From: Myxococcota bacterium | GTDB taxonomy: Bacteria > Myxococcota_A > UBA9160 > UBA4427 | NCBI GenBank assembly: GCA_965250285.1 | Contig: OZ252299.1 | Location: forward strand, 5,440,001-5,504,000 | Direction: 5' to 3' | DNA length: 64,000 bases | Part shown: positions 42,122 to 50,818 of the stretch, piece by piece | Layout of the letters: every line of letters starts with the position of its first letter | Numbering within the stretch: the first letter of the stretch is position 1 | Position numbers and translations under genes: made by a program | The notes under the pieces: model-generated | Told to the model about the DNA's origin: nothing | Databases searched by the model: none | The model's input: only the letters and a program-made list of their open reading frames with translations

Positions 42122-42583
42122 ATGGAGCCGGCGACAGACGACGACCTGCGCCCAGTACTCCCCGGAGAGCGCTGGACGCCACCTACTAACTTGGCAGCAA
42201 GACTCTTCTTCACCCTCCTTCGCCGCATACATGACCAACAAGACTGGGTCTGGCGGGGCGACGAGCCACACGTCAGTCTGGTGTTTCTGACTGCCATCCC
42301 CCAGGTTCTAAACGTGGCGACCCTCTTGGAATTCTTCATCCCACGTGAGAACGCCATCAGGCTAGTCGGCCCCGAACTCTCAAGCGCTATCGGCGTCTGC
42401 GCTGTTTCGCTGCCTGTTCTTCTTGAGGTCTGGTGGCTTCGCGAGCCTGGGCGACTCCACGTGGTGATCTGGGAAGCAGATACCTATCGATACTTGTCGG
42501 GCCCTATTGGTACTGCCCTGGTGGTCGCATACGTAGTGGGTTCGTTTCTTCTCTTCGGTCTAGTCGCCACGCCCGCCACCTAA
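42122..42583 (+). CDS. cassette 35: membrane protein
   Basis: Stop in attC. Confidence 0.7.
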   Translation: MEPATDDDLRPVLPGERWTPPTNLAARLFFTLLRRIHDQQDWVWRGDEPHVSLVFLTAIPQVLNVATLLEFFIPRENAIRLVGPELSSAIGVCAVSLPVLLEVWWLREPGRLHVVIWEADTYRYLSGPIGTALVVAYVVGSFLLFGLVATPAT

Positions 42584-42723
42584 CAAGCCGTTGCAGCGGA
42601 CGTGGCAACGCTTATGCCATGCCGGTCGTGGTAGGCTTGCGGAGTCCCAGGCGTCCCGAGCCGCGGTGCAAGGTTGCGCCACGCCGCTGAACGCCGACCG
42701 TTAGGCAGCATGGTCGTGTCTCC

Positions 42724-43077
42724 GTGGACGTGATCTCCGTCGAAGAATGGCAGCTCACCTCATTCTTCGAGGTGCTGCCGAGCTACCCCGATCCCGACTC
42801 ACCGTGGCCGTACACGGAAGTGGTCTATGAGGTCACCCGTGGTGACCTCTCGATGACATGCGCCATCTGCCCCGCGTACCGAGATGTCCGTCTCATTGTC
42901 CGTCACGGTGAAGCCGTCTCATACGAGTTGAACGCCACCCAGGTCCAGGATCTTTCCTACACGAAGGACGCTTCGGGCGAATCGTTGCGAATTGCGACCA
43001 GCGATTCTGAGTACATCGACCTGCGCCTCAACCCAGGTATCTCGATCAAGCACACAGTCGACCACCAGTTCGACTAG
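42724..43077 (+). CDS. cassette 36: hypothetical protein
   Basis: Fills the cassette. Confidence 0.7.
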   Translation: MDVISVEEWQLTSFFEVLPSYPDPDSPWPYTEVVYEVTRGDLSMTCAICPAYRDVRLIVRHGEAVSYELNATQVQDLSYTKDASGESLRIATSDSEYIDLRLNPGISIKHTVDHQFD

Positions 43078-43228
43078 TGCGCATGCTGCCTAACAAGCCG
43101 TTGCAGCGGACTTGCTAACGCTTGGGCGATATCGGGTCGTGGTAGACTGCCGGTTGTCCTAGGCATTCAGTCGCTGCGAGCCAGGTCGCCGCAAGCCGCT
43201 GAACGCCGACCGTTAGGCAGCATCTCCC

Positions 43229-43690
43229 GTGCCGGAAGTTCGCGTCGTTATCCCGGACGAAACCTACGGAATCGTCAAGTTTCGCCAAGACGATCTCCCT
43301 GGTGTTGCCGTCATCAACAAGTCGTTGGTTGGATTCGCGTCGCGGGAGGTCTTTCGGTGGCATCTCTCGATCATGGTCCACTTCGAAGAGATCATCGACA
43401 ACGGTATGCCTGCTCAGGCTGACGTTGGTCTCGTAGATCGATTCGGCGATCAGCTAGATCAGGAACTCAAAGTCGACTCTGAGCGTCCGAATGCCCTCTT
43501 CCTGGGGCGTGTGACCTGGAACGAGACTCGTGAGCTCATCTATCGGGTATACGACCCGGAAGTCACGAACGACCTTCTCCAGCGAATCGTGAGCGATCGA
43601 ACGCATCCTCGAGAGTTCGACTATCGCATTGACGATGATCCTGACTGGGGCCTTGCAGAGTGGCATCTGAATGCGTGCGCTCCCGCTTAA
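43229..43690 (+). CDS. cassette 37: DUF695-like protein
   Basis: NGMP...LFLGRVTWNETRELIYRVYDP...DDPDW. Confidence 0.75.
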   Translation: MPEVRVVIPDETYGIVKFRQDDLPGVAVINKSLVGFASREVFRWHLSIMVHFEEIIDNGMPAQADVGLVDRFGDQLDQELKVDSERPNALFLGRVTWNETRELIYRVYDPEVTNDLLQRIVSDRTHPREFDYRIDDDPDWGLAEWHLNACAPA

Positions 43691-43826
43691 TGCCCCGATG
43701 CTGCCTAACAAGCCGTTGCAGCGGACTTGCTTACGCTGAGGCGATCTAGGGCCGTGGTAGACTGACCGGCGTCCGAGGCGTTCAGCCACTGCGAGCAAGG
43801 CCGCCGCAAGCCGCTGAACGCCGACC

Positions 43827-44107
43827 GTTAGGCCGCGTGGCACAAGGCTCTCTAGTTGTTGGGTGCTGAATCCTGCCCACCGCCTTCTCGAGTCGGGCAG
43901 CTCGTTGCGAGCTCTCCAGCTAGCTGACCCGTTCGCTTCGCCCTTAGGTCATCCCCGACAGATCGAGCGCGACGCATCGCCAAAGTGGCCACAACCGGCT
44001 CTCTGGGTCGAACTTCGCCTTCGGCCTGCTCATCCCACTCCACTGCCGAACTCCAGCTTGGCAGGGGGTAGGGCGCCAGAGGGTCTGCTCTTCGCACGCG
44101 GTCTAAC
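43827..44107 (+). ncRNA. ORF-less structured cassette, copy 8
   Basis: Homologous to 27039-27320. Confidence 0.55.
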
Positions 44108-44251
44108 AAGCCGTTGCAGCGGACATCGTCCAGCTGAGGCGATATCGGCTCTGGTAGTTTCTTGGCAACGAACCAAGTGCGTTCAGCGAGACCGGTCAGC
44201 AGCTGGCCGATGCCGCTGAACGCCGACCGTTAGACAGCCGGAGCGGCGCCT

Positions 44252-44632
44252 GTGACGCTCGATCAAGCGCTGATCGCGAGCCTCGGAATCGGAATGCTTG
44301 CGTGCATTGCCCTCGTTCTCAGGGGCTATATCGAGGTTCGCATTCGATTCAGTGGCTTTCTCAGGTCCGAGCGCCCGGAACTATGGTCGCAGCTCGCCCC
44401 TTCTCACAACGACTCCGAAGAGTTCGTCACCCTGGGCATTTTGAGCTTCGATCCCACGCCAGCAATTTCGCGTTTTCGACGCGGGGGCTTTCGCGAGCTC
44501 GCCGACACCGAGCTTTCTGCGCGCTGTGCGCATGCGAACCGCGCGGAGCGCATCGGACTTCTCTCGTGGTTCGCCCTGCTCGCGTGGACGTTGGTCGTGT
44601 TCGGAGTCATCATCGCCTTGCGTGCCGCGTGA
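44252..44632 (+). CDS. cassette 39: 2-TM protein
   Basis: GGAG SD; fills the cassette. Confidence 0.7.
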   Translation: MTLDQALIASLGIGMLACIALVLRGYIEVRIRFSGFLRSERPELWSQLAPSHNDSEEFVTLGILSFDPTPAISRFRRGGFRELADTELSARCAHANRAERIGLLSWFALLAWTLVVFGVIIALRAA

Positions 44633-44801
44633 ACCGGCTGTCTAACAAGGCGTTGCAGCGGACACCGAACAGCTGGATCGAATCGACCGTGTTAGCCTCT
44701 TGGCATCAACCCAGGTGCTTCATCGGCCCGGTCAGCGCCGTCCGGTGCCGCTGAACGCCGATCCGTTAGGCGGCGTTCGAGTTGACTCGAGACGTACTCG
44801 A

Positions 44802-45053
44802 ATGACAAGGTCGCCGTGGTTGACAGGCTTGGCCCTTGGCATCGTGATCGGGGCCATCGCGGCCGGCTTCGCTGTGTTCGCGGCTCTCGATCACAACCCG
44901 CAGGGCGAGTTCCAGCGCGGTGGCTCGGTCCAGGTCGGTCCTCTTCTCTTGATAGGTGGTAGCTGGTTCGGACTCGTGGGCGCCGTTGTGTGGCTTGTGT
45001 TGGGCTCGGCTCTGGCGATTCTCCGACGAAGGCGCGAACACCACGCCGCCTAA
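44802..45053 (+). CDS. cassette 40: small 2-TM protein
   Basis: ALDHNPQGEF between TM helices; stop in attC. Confidence 0.65.
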   Translation: MTRSPWLTGLALGIVIGAIAAGFAVFAALDHNPQGEFQRGGSVQVGPLLLIGGSWFGLVGAVVWLVLGSALAILRRRREHHAA

Positions 45054-45225
45054 CAAGCCGTTGCAGCGGACGTGGCAACGCCTTCGCTCTATCGCTGGTG
45101 GTAGAATTTCCACATCCCAGGCTTCGGCCGTCGTGGTGCAAGGTTGTGCCACGCCGCTGAACGCCGAACCGTTAGGCGGCGGAACTGTGTGCTGAAGCGT
45201 GCCGCGGGAATGACGGAGCCCTTCG

Positions 45226-45519
45226 ATGAAGCGAACAGCCTACTCGCCCGAACTGCAGTCGGAACTCGCACATGGTAAGTATACGAAGTGGGCAGCTGAT
45301 CTGACTGAAGCCGAGCTTTACAACCTGCTATGGCTCGTAGGCGAGTTCGGCGTTCGCACGCCAGAAGACAGCGAGGGGCCGGTGATCGGCGCGAGTCACC
45401 GACGCGCCGGCGCTCGCTGGGGCATAGTTCAGTATGTCCGCTGCCGGCGAGCGGTGTCGTTCCAGCGCGCCATACGTCGTTACAATCCAGACGGCTCGTT
45501 GAGAAAGCCGAGTGCCTAG
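45226..45519 (+). CDS. cassette 41: duplicate of cassette 28
   Basis: Identical protein. Confidence 0.65.
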   Translation: MKRTAYSPELQSELAHGKYTKWAADLTEAELYNLLWLVGEFGVRTPEDSEGPVIGASHRRAGARWGIVQYVRCRRAVSFQRAIRRYNPDGSLRKPSA

Positions 45520-45676
45520 CTCGTCCGCCGCCTAACAAGCCGTTGCAGCGGACTTGCTAACGCTGAGGCGATATCGGGTCGTGGTAGACTGGCCGGTGTC
45601 CGAGGCGTTCAGCCGCAGCGCGCAAGGCCGCCGCAAGCCGCTGAACGCCGACCGTTAGGCCGCAACTCGAGCTTGA

Positions 45677-46111
45677 ATGATGCGATGGTCGGTAGATACG
45701 GCGGACGCGCACCGTCTTCTTTGGGCGGTCCTTGATCACTTTGAAGGCAATGCGCTTGTCTCGTTCGAGGGCAGGCTTTCCGACCTCGGGCTCTCGCCCA
45801 TTTCTGGTGCCCGATCAGACGAGTCTTCGGTACTTCGCAGGCACACACAGCTCCCAGTTCAAGACTTCGTAGTTCTACCCGTGAACCGTGAGACGATTCG
45901 CGACGTGAAGCGCTGTCTCTCAGACGTCGAGCTCATCGACGAGTCCGGGCCGGTCATTCACGTCCAGGTCCAATCGGGCGACTCCCTAGTTCTCGGGGCG
46001 TACGACAATTTCGATCCCGAGTGCGTCGTGGTCTGGCCCCCTACGCCAGAGGCGTTGCTTCAAGGGCTCCTCGAGGCCGGCGCCCTCCGCTCGTACAACG
46101 TTGCGGCCTAA
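45677..46111 (+). CDS. cassette 42: hypothetical protein
   Basis: VSFEGRL...HVQVQ...LGAYDNFDPEC. Confidence 0.75.
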   Translation: MMRWSVDTADAHRLLWAVLDHFEGNALVSFEGRLSDLGLSPISGARSDESSVLRRHTQLPVQDFVVLPVNRETIRDVKRCLSDVELIDESGPVIHVQVQSGDSLVLGAYDNFDPECVVVWPPTPEALLQGLLEAGALRSYNVAA

Positions 46112-46229
46112 CAAGCCGTTGCAGCGGACTTGCTACCGCTGAGGCGATATCGGTCCGTGGTAGCATGGCGGGCATCCGAGGCGTTCCGTGACTGCGAGCA
46201 AGGCCGCCGCAAGCCGCTGAACGCCGACC

Positions 46230-46512
46230 GTTAGGCCGCGTGGCACAAGGCCCTCTAGTTGTTGGGTGCCGATTCCTGCCCACCGCCTTCTCGAGTCGGG
46301 CAGCTCGTTGCGAGCTCTCCAGCTAGCTGACCCGTTCGCTTCGCCCTTAGGTCATCCGCGACAGATCGAGCGCGACGCATCGCCAAAGTGCCCACAACCG
46401 GCTCTCTGGGGCGACCTTCGCCTTCGGCCTGCTCTCATCCCACTCGACTGCCGAACTCCAGCTTGGCAGGGGGTAGGGCGCCAGAGGGTCTGTTCTTCGC
46501 ACGCGGTCTAAC
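46230..46512 (+). ncRNA. ORF-less structured cassette, copy 9
   Basis: Homologous to 27039-27320. Confidence 0.55.
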
Positions 46513-46648
46513 AAGCCGTTGCAGCGGACATCGTCCAGCTGAGGCGACATCGGCTTTGGTAGCTTGTTGGCATCGAACTCTGTGCGTTCAGCGAGAGCGG
46601 TCAGCAGCTGGCCGATGCCGCTGAACGCCGACCGTTAGGCGGCGTTGC

Positions 46649-47080
46649 GTGGATGCTGTCGCGTACGTTCGTCGCGTGATCTGGCTGCCCACGGTTGTCC
46701 CGTTCGTACTAGTTGCCGTAATCGCTGTCGTCGGCTCAAGCGATGGGACAGTTCGATACTCCATTCGTGAGTATCTCGACCATTGCCGCTTCTACGGTGC
46801 GTTTCTGTATCCGGTATACGTTGCAATCGCCCTGTACAACTTTCGCGAGTCCGGCGTCAAGGCCCACTGGGCGCTTCTGTTTGCGACGCCGATCGCATTT
46901 CCGATCTTCTACGCCTCGGTCAACGCAACTCTGTGGTACTACGAAACTGATTGGGGCACGGGCCTTTATTCGTTCTTCCTTTACCTCGGGGGTGCGCTTG
47001 GCGTTCCCATTGGGCTCGCTTTCGCATTGATCGCGTGGGGTCTTTGGCGAGTTCGGTTGCTGCGGCGGAACGCCGCCTAA
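46649..47080 (+). CDS. cassette 44: membrane protein, paralog of 30243
   Basis: MDAVAYVRRVIWLP...AHWALLFATPIAFPIFYASVN. Confidence 0.75.
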   Translation: MDAVAYVRRVIWLPTVVPFVLVAVIAVVGSSDGTVRYSIREYLDHCRFYGAFLYPVYVAIALYNFRESGVKAHWALLFATPIAFPIFYASVNATLWYYETDWGTGLYSFFLYLGGALGVPIGLAFALIAWGLWRVRLLRRNAA

Positions 47081-47214
47081 CAAGCCGTTGCAGCGGACTT
47101 GCTAACGCCGAGGCGATCTTGGTTCTTGCTAGAATCTCGGGCGTCCGAGGCGTTCAGTCGTTGCGAGCAAGGTCGCCGCAAGCCGCTGAACGCCGATCCG
47201 TTAGGCGGCGAAGC

Positions 47215-47589
47215 GTGACTCGGAGCCAATCCGCAGATGAAGCAACGCTGCGGCGGGTTCGCGACAACATCATCGAGTATCTCGAGATCACCTCGTCGAT
47301 CGAACGGCAGAGGGCCGAGCACCATGTCCCGGGTGAGACGCTCAACTCGTGGGACGACTCCTTCAACGAATCCTGGTTCAAGGCCTACCTTCCTCCGGTG
47401 TTCTCGAACGAGGAGCGCGACGCGATGCTGTCGTTTCACGCGTCGCTGGAGCGGATCTGCTCCCTTCTGCCCGAGCCTCTCCCGACCTTTGACGAGCTGG
47501 CTGCAAATCGTGAATGGCAGCAACTCTGCGAGGCTGCCGCCGCCGCGGCCGCAGTCTTCCGCCACCGGGGGCGCTCCTCGTCTGCTTAG
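47215..47589 (+). CDS. cassette 45: hypothetical helical protein
   Basis: GTG just after attC. Confidence 0.65.
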   Translation: MTRSQSADEATLRRVRDNIIEYLEITSSIERQRAEHHVPGETLNSWDDSFNESWFKAYLPPVFSNEERDAMLSFHASLERICSLLPEPLPTFDELAANREWQQLCEAAAAAAAVFRHRGRSSSA

Positions 47590-47746
47590 CCGGTTCGCCG
47601 CCTAACAAGCCGTTGCAGCGGACTTGCTAACTCTGAGGCGATATCGGGTCGTGGTAGACTGGCCGGCGTCCGAGGCGTTCAGTCGCTGCGAGCAAGGCCG
47701 CCGCAAGCCGCTGAACGCCGACCGTTAGGCGGCCTGGCCGACCCAC

Positions 47747-48259
47747 ATGCCGGACCCGACAGACACGCTGATGATCCTCGTAGAGGCCGCTGCCGCCGTA
47801 GCGGGTTTCTCGGGCGTAGTGGTCGTCTTCGGTCGCCGTTCGGCTGGCGCCTGGTCCGATCTCGAGCGCACTCGCTTGTTCAATCTTCTCTTCACGAGCT
47901 TCACAGTTCTCTTCTCATCGCTCGGAGCGCTCGTCCTACTTCATGCAGAGCTGAGCGATTCTACGACCTGGCGAATCGGGAGCATTAGCTGGTCCGTTTT
48001 GTCGACTTGGCAGATCGCATCGGTCGCACGAGCCTACTCCTCCCTTTCGCGCAGTGATCCCAATCGCCCACACGTAGCCATTCCGGTAGTTCTTCTCGGG
48101 TTGACGGCTGGTCTTGTGGTTCTCAATCTGTACAACGCCTTTGTAGGCACGCCTGAATTCTGGCGTTTTCTTGCAGCGCTAGTCTGGCTTCTGGCGCTCG
48201 CCTGGTACTCGTTCGCACAACTTCTTCTGGTAGCCAGCCGAGGCGAGCAGGCCGCCTAA
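47747..48259 (+). CDS. cassette 46: membrane protein, AGFSG family
   Basis: EAAAAVAGFSGVVVVFGRR. Confidence 0.75.
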   Translation: MPDPTDTLMILVEAAAAVAGFSGVVVVFGRRSAGAWSDLERTRLFNLLFTSFTVLFSSLGALVLLHAELSDSTTWRIGSISWSVLSTWQIASVARAYSSLSRSDPNRPHVAIPVVLLGLTAGLVVLNLYNAFVGTPEFWRFLAALVWLLALAWYSFAQLLLVASRGEQAA

Positions 48260-48390
48260 CAAGCCGTTGCAGCGGACGTGGCAACGCTGTGCCGATATCG
48301 CGCGTGGTAGAATGTCAGCATCACAGGCTTCGGCCGGCGCGGTGCAAGGTTGTGCCACGCCGCTGAACGTCGACCGTTAGGCGGCGCGAG

Positions 48391-48879
48391 TTGCGAGCCT
48401 CTTCGATCCATACCGCCGTGGTTCTCTCAGCCCTCATAGGCTGCGCAACAACCGATCTCGCTGCGATCCCCTCGGAAGAGTGTCACTACTTACTGCCGGC
48501 ATTCTTTGGCGAACAGGACGAGTTTCGCGCGATCCGTCAGGGCGACGACTTTCATGCCGTTCAGGTACCACCCGTCGGGCCGGACGGTGAGTCGCCCGAC
48601 CGCCGCCGCTTCGCCGAGCTAGTGACAGACGTCGATTCTCACTGGTACCGCATCGACGACACCGCTTACGCTTGGTTCGGCGAAGGGCCAGCTCTGCGCT
48701 TTCCCTATTCTGGCTATCTAGCTCGGGTGCGGGAGATCTGTTCCGATTGCGAGGTCGGCGACTCGATCATGCATCCGGCCCCCGGCCTGGAGGCGGAGTG
48801 CATCGCAGTCGACGCTGAGCCGATATCGCTGCCGGACGGGCTTCGATTCCAAGATATCGACCCTGCACACTTCAAGTAG
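48391..48879 (+). CDS. cassette 47: putative lipoprotein
   Basis: LIGC lipobox. Confidence 0.65.
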   Translation: MRASSIHTAVVLSALIGCATTDLAAIPSEECHYLLPAFFGEQDEFRAIRQGDDFHAVQVPPVGPDGESPDRRRFAELVTDVDSHWYRIDDTAYAWFGEGPALRFPYSGYLARVREICSDCEVGDSIMHPAPGLEAECIAVDAEPISLPDGLRFQDIDPAHFK

Positions 48880-49045
48880 TCCGCACACGCTCACTTCGCG
48901 CGCCGCCTAACAAGCCGTTGCAGCGGACTTGCTAACGCTTGAGCCGTATCGGGGCGTGGTAGAATTGCGAAGTCCGAGGCGTTCAGTCGCTGCGAGCAAG
49001 GCCGCCGCAAGCCGCTGAACGCCGACCGTTAGGCCGCGAGAAGCT

Positions 49046-49297
49046 GTGCAGATGCACATCGTCGCATTCGCTGCGTTCGCTGCGGCTTCGGCGGTCTTCC
49101 TCGTCAAGATCGTTCCGCGGCTACTTGTCGATGATCCTCATCAGCCGTGGGCGCTGAGCCTCATGGTTGTGCCCGCCTATCGCCGATACTTCGCGATCTG
49201 TCGAGAGAATCGCGAGTCGCCAATGTGGGCACTCGTTAGCCTTACCCTCTTCGCTGTGTCTGCGGCGGCCGCCGTGGTTGCGGTTCGCTTCGCTTAG
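49046..49297 (+). CDS. cassette 48: small membrane protein
   Basis: Fills the cassette. Confidence 0.6.
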   Translation: MQMHIVAFAAFAAASAVFLVKIVPRLLVDDPHQPWALSLMVVPAYRRYFAICRENRESPMWALVSLTLFAVSAAAAVVAVRFA

Positions 49298-49444
49298 CCG
49301 CTCGCGGCCTAACAAGCCGTTGCAGCGGACTTGCTACCGCTGAGGCGATATCGGGCCGTGGTAGAGTGACGGGTGTCTGGGGCGTTCAGCTGTTGCGAGC
49401 AAGGCCGCCGCAAGCCGCTGAACGCCGAACGTTAGGCGGCGGGA

Positions 49445-49948
49445 TTGCAGGGCCAGCTTTCACTTGAGGCAATTGCGGAGATCTCAATCGCCCTCGCCGG
49501 GTTCTCCGGTCTGATTGCCATGGTCAGAAGTGGCCCCGTCCACGACTGGCACCCGCGGGTTCGACTCGCGTTCTGGATTAGCCTCAACTGGAGTATTGCA
49601 GCGGTGGCCCTGAGCCTGCTCCCGTCGTTGCTAATCACTTTCGGCCCATCAAGCTGGGTACTTCTAAACGGCGTAGCGAGCATCGTTCTTGTTGCTGGAC
49701 TGGCGTTGATGCTCTGCGCGCATCTTCATCTGAATCGCCAAGGATCACCAACGCAGAACCCGTGGCATTGGGTGGCGAACATCTCCGTCATTGCCGTCGG
49801 TGCGGTCGGAACCCTGTCGGCTCTGCTTGGCGCTGGCGACGGCGCGAGCTTCGAGTCGTTCAGATTCGGGGTCATCTCTTGCCTACTGGCTGCGTTGCCG
49901 GGCTTCTTGGCGAGCTTCCGAGTTCGAAGTCCCTCGCCCGCCGCCTAA
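49445..49948 (+). CDS. cassette 49: membrane protein, AGFSG family
   Basis: EISIALAGFSGLIA. Confidence 0.75.
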   Translation: MQGQLSLEAIAEISIALAGFSGLIAMVRSGPVHDWHPRVRLAFWISLNWSIAAVALSLLPSLLITFGPSSWVLLNGVASIVLVAGLALMLCAHLHLNRQGSPTQNPWHWVANISVIAVGAVGTLSALLGAGDGASFESFRFGVISCLLAALPGFLASFRVRSPSPAA

Positions 49949-50090
49949 CAAGCCGTTGCAGCGGACGTGGCAACGCTGTGCCGATATCGACCGTGGTAGA
50001 CTGGCGGAGTCCCAGGCGTTCTGAGCCGCGGTGCAAGGTCGTGCCACGCCGCTGAACGCCGAACCGTTGGACGTCGTGAAGAGGAGCTCC

Positions 50091-50636
50091 GTGACGATCT
50101 CAGAGTTGGGCGCACTTGGGGAGTTCCTCGGCTCCATCCTCACGCTTGCAACCCTTGCGTATCTGGCGATTCAGATCCGGCAGAATACCGCTCAGCAGAA
50201 GCGCGAAGTGCTTATCTCGATCCAGCACGGCCAGAACGCCGTTGTCGCTCAGCTGCTGGATCCGAGCGTCATGGGCGCGTTCGTGCGCGGAGCTGCTGGC
50301 AAAGATCCATCGATCGAAGACCGTGCAACAGCGCAGAACTGGGTGCTTCAGTACCTGAATCACTTCCAGATCATCCACGATCTCCATCGGAACCGAGCGC
50401 TGGACGAAGAGCAGTACCAGCTGTGGGCTGGCTTCGCGGTAGCCATGATCGCGCCTGCCCGTGTTCGCAAGTGGTGGGAAGAGGAAGACGGTCGGTTTGC
50501 GTTCCATTCTGAGGTCCGCGAGATGATCGACGAGCGACTCCGCGATATCGAGAACCCGCCTCGCCCGATCACGGAGATGTGGAGCACGTTCGATCCCAAT
50601 CCGTGGGAGGCAGACTCGGGCGTGCGCGGCGCGTGA
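50091..50636 (+). CDS. single-TM protein, YLAxQIRQ family (DUF6082-like)
   Basis: GAGGAG SD; MTISELGALGEFLG...YLAIQIRQNT. Confidence 0.8.
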   Translation: MTISELGALGEFLGSILTLATLAYLAIQIRQNTAQQKREVLISIQHGQNAVVAQLLDPSVMGAFVRGAAGKDPSIEDRATAQNWVLQYLNHFQIIHDLHRNRALDEEQYQLWAGFAVAMIAPARVRKWWEEEDGRFAFHSEVREMIDERLRDIENPPRPITEMWSTFDPNPWEADSGVRGA

Positions 50637-50818
50637 TCTATCGACTCGGCGCCACACCGCCCAACAAGGCGTAGCAGCCGACCGTCGACGGCCTGGTTCG
50701 ATTGATCTTCTTTGCCATCTGGCGGCATACTTGTGTGGCCGGATCGGATCCGGTCAGCGCTGTCGCTGGCCGCTGAACGCCAACCACTGCGCAGCGCGAA
50801 TAGGGCATTCGGTCGAAC

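Larger units (their letters stand above)
24424..50072 (+). repeat. 49 intact attC sites (~125-135 bp)
   Basis: Consensus gcctAACaagccGTTgCAGCGGa[stem]...[stem]CCGCTGAACgccgaccGTTaggc. Starts: 24424, 24852, 25307, 26916, 27314, 27770, 28225, 28724, 29230, 29628, 30104, 30648, 31046, 31598, 31996, 32642, 33326, 33885, 34284, 35049, 35613, 36012, 36410, 36841, 37416, 37870, 38268, 38751, 39250, 39767, 40362, 40912, 41368, 41982, 42578, 43088, 43703, 44101, 44640, 45048, 45530, 46106, 46506, 47075, 47600, 48254, 48905, 49307, 49943. Confidence 0.95.

Noticed and set aside
29379..44109. 85-aa minus-strand ORFs (MLDRVRR...) and + strand MPIPAHRLL... ORFs in the repeated 282-bp cassette
   Set aside because: Open in only some copies; others have stops or 1-2 nt indels, and the minus-strand starts come from attC sequence.
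24424..50072. CRISPR array interpretation of the regular repeats
   Set aside because: Repeats are ~130 bp hairpins with RYYYAAC/GTTRRRY ends separated by gene-sized units beside intI, and there are no cas genes: these are attC sites.
24324..50143. Many short ORFs containing LTSRCSGLA, PNKPLQRT or LTVGVQRLAA
   Set aside because: These are translations of the attC repeat itself.
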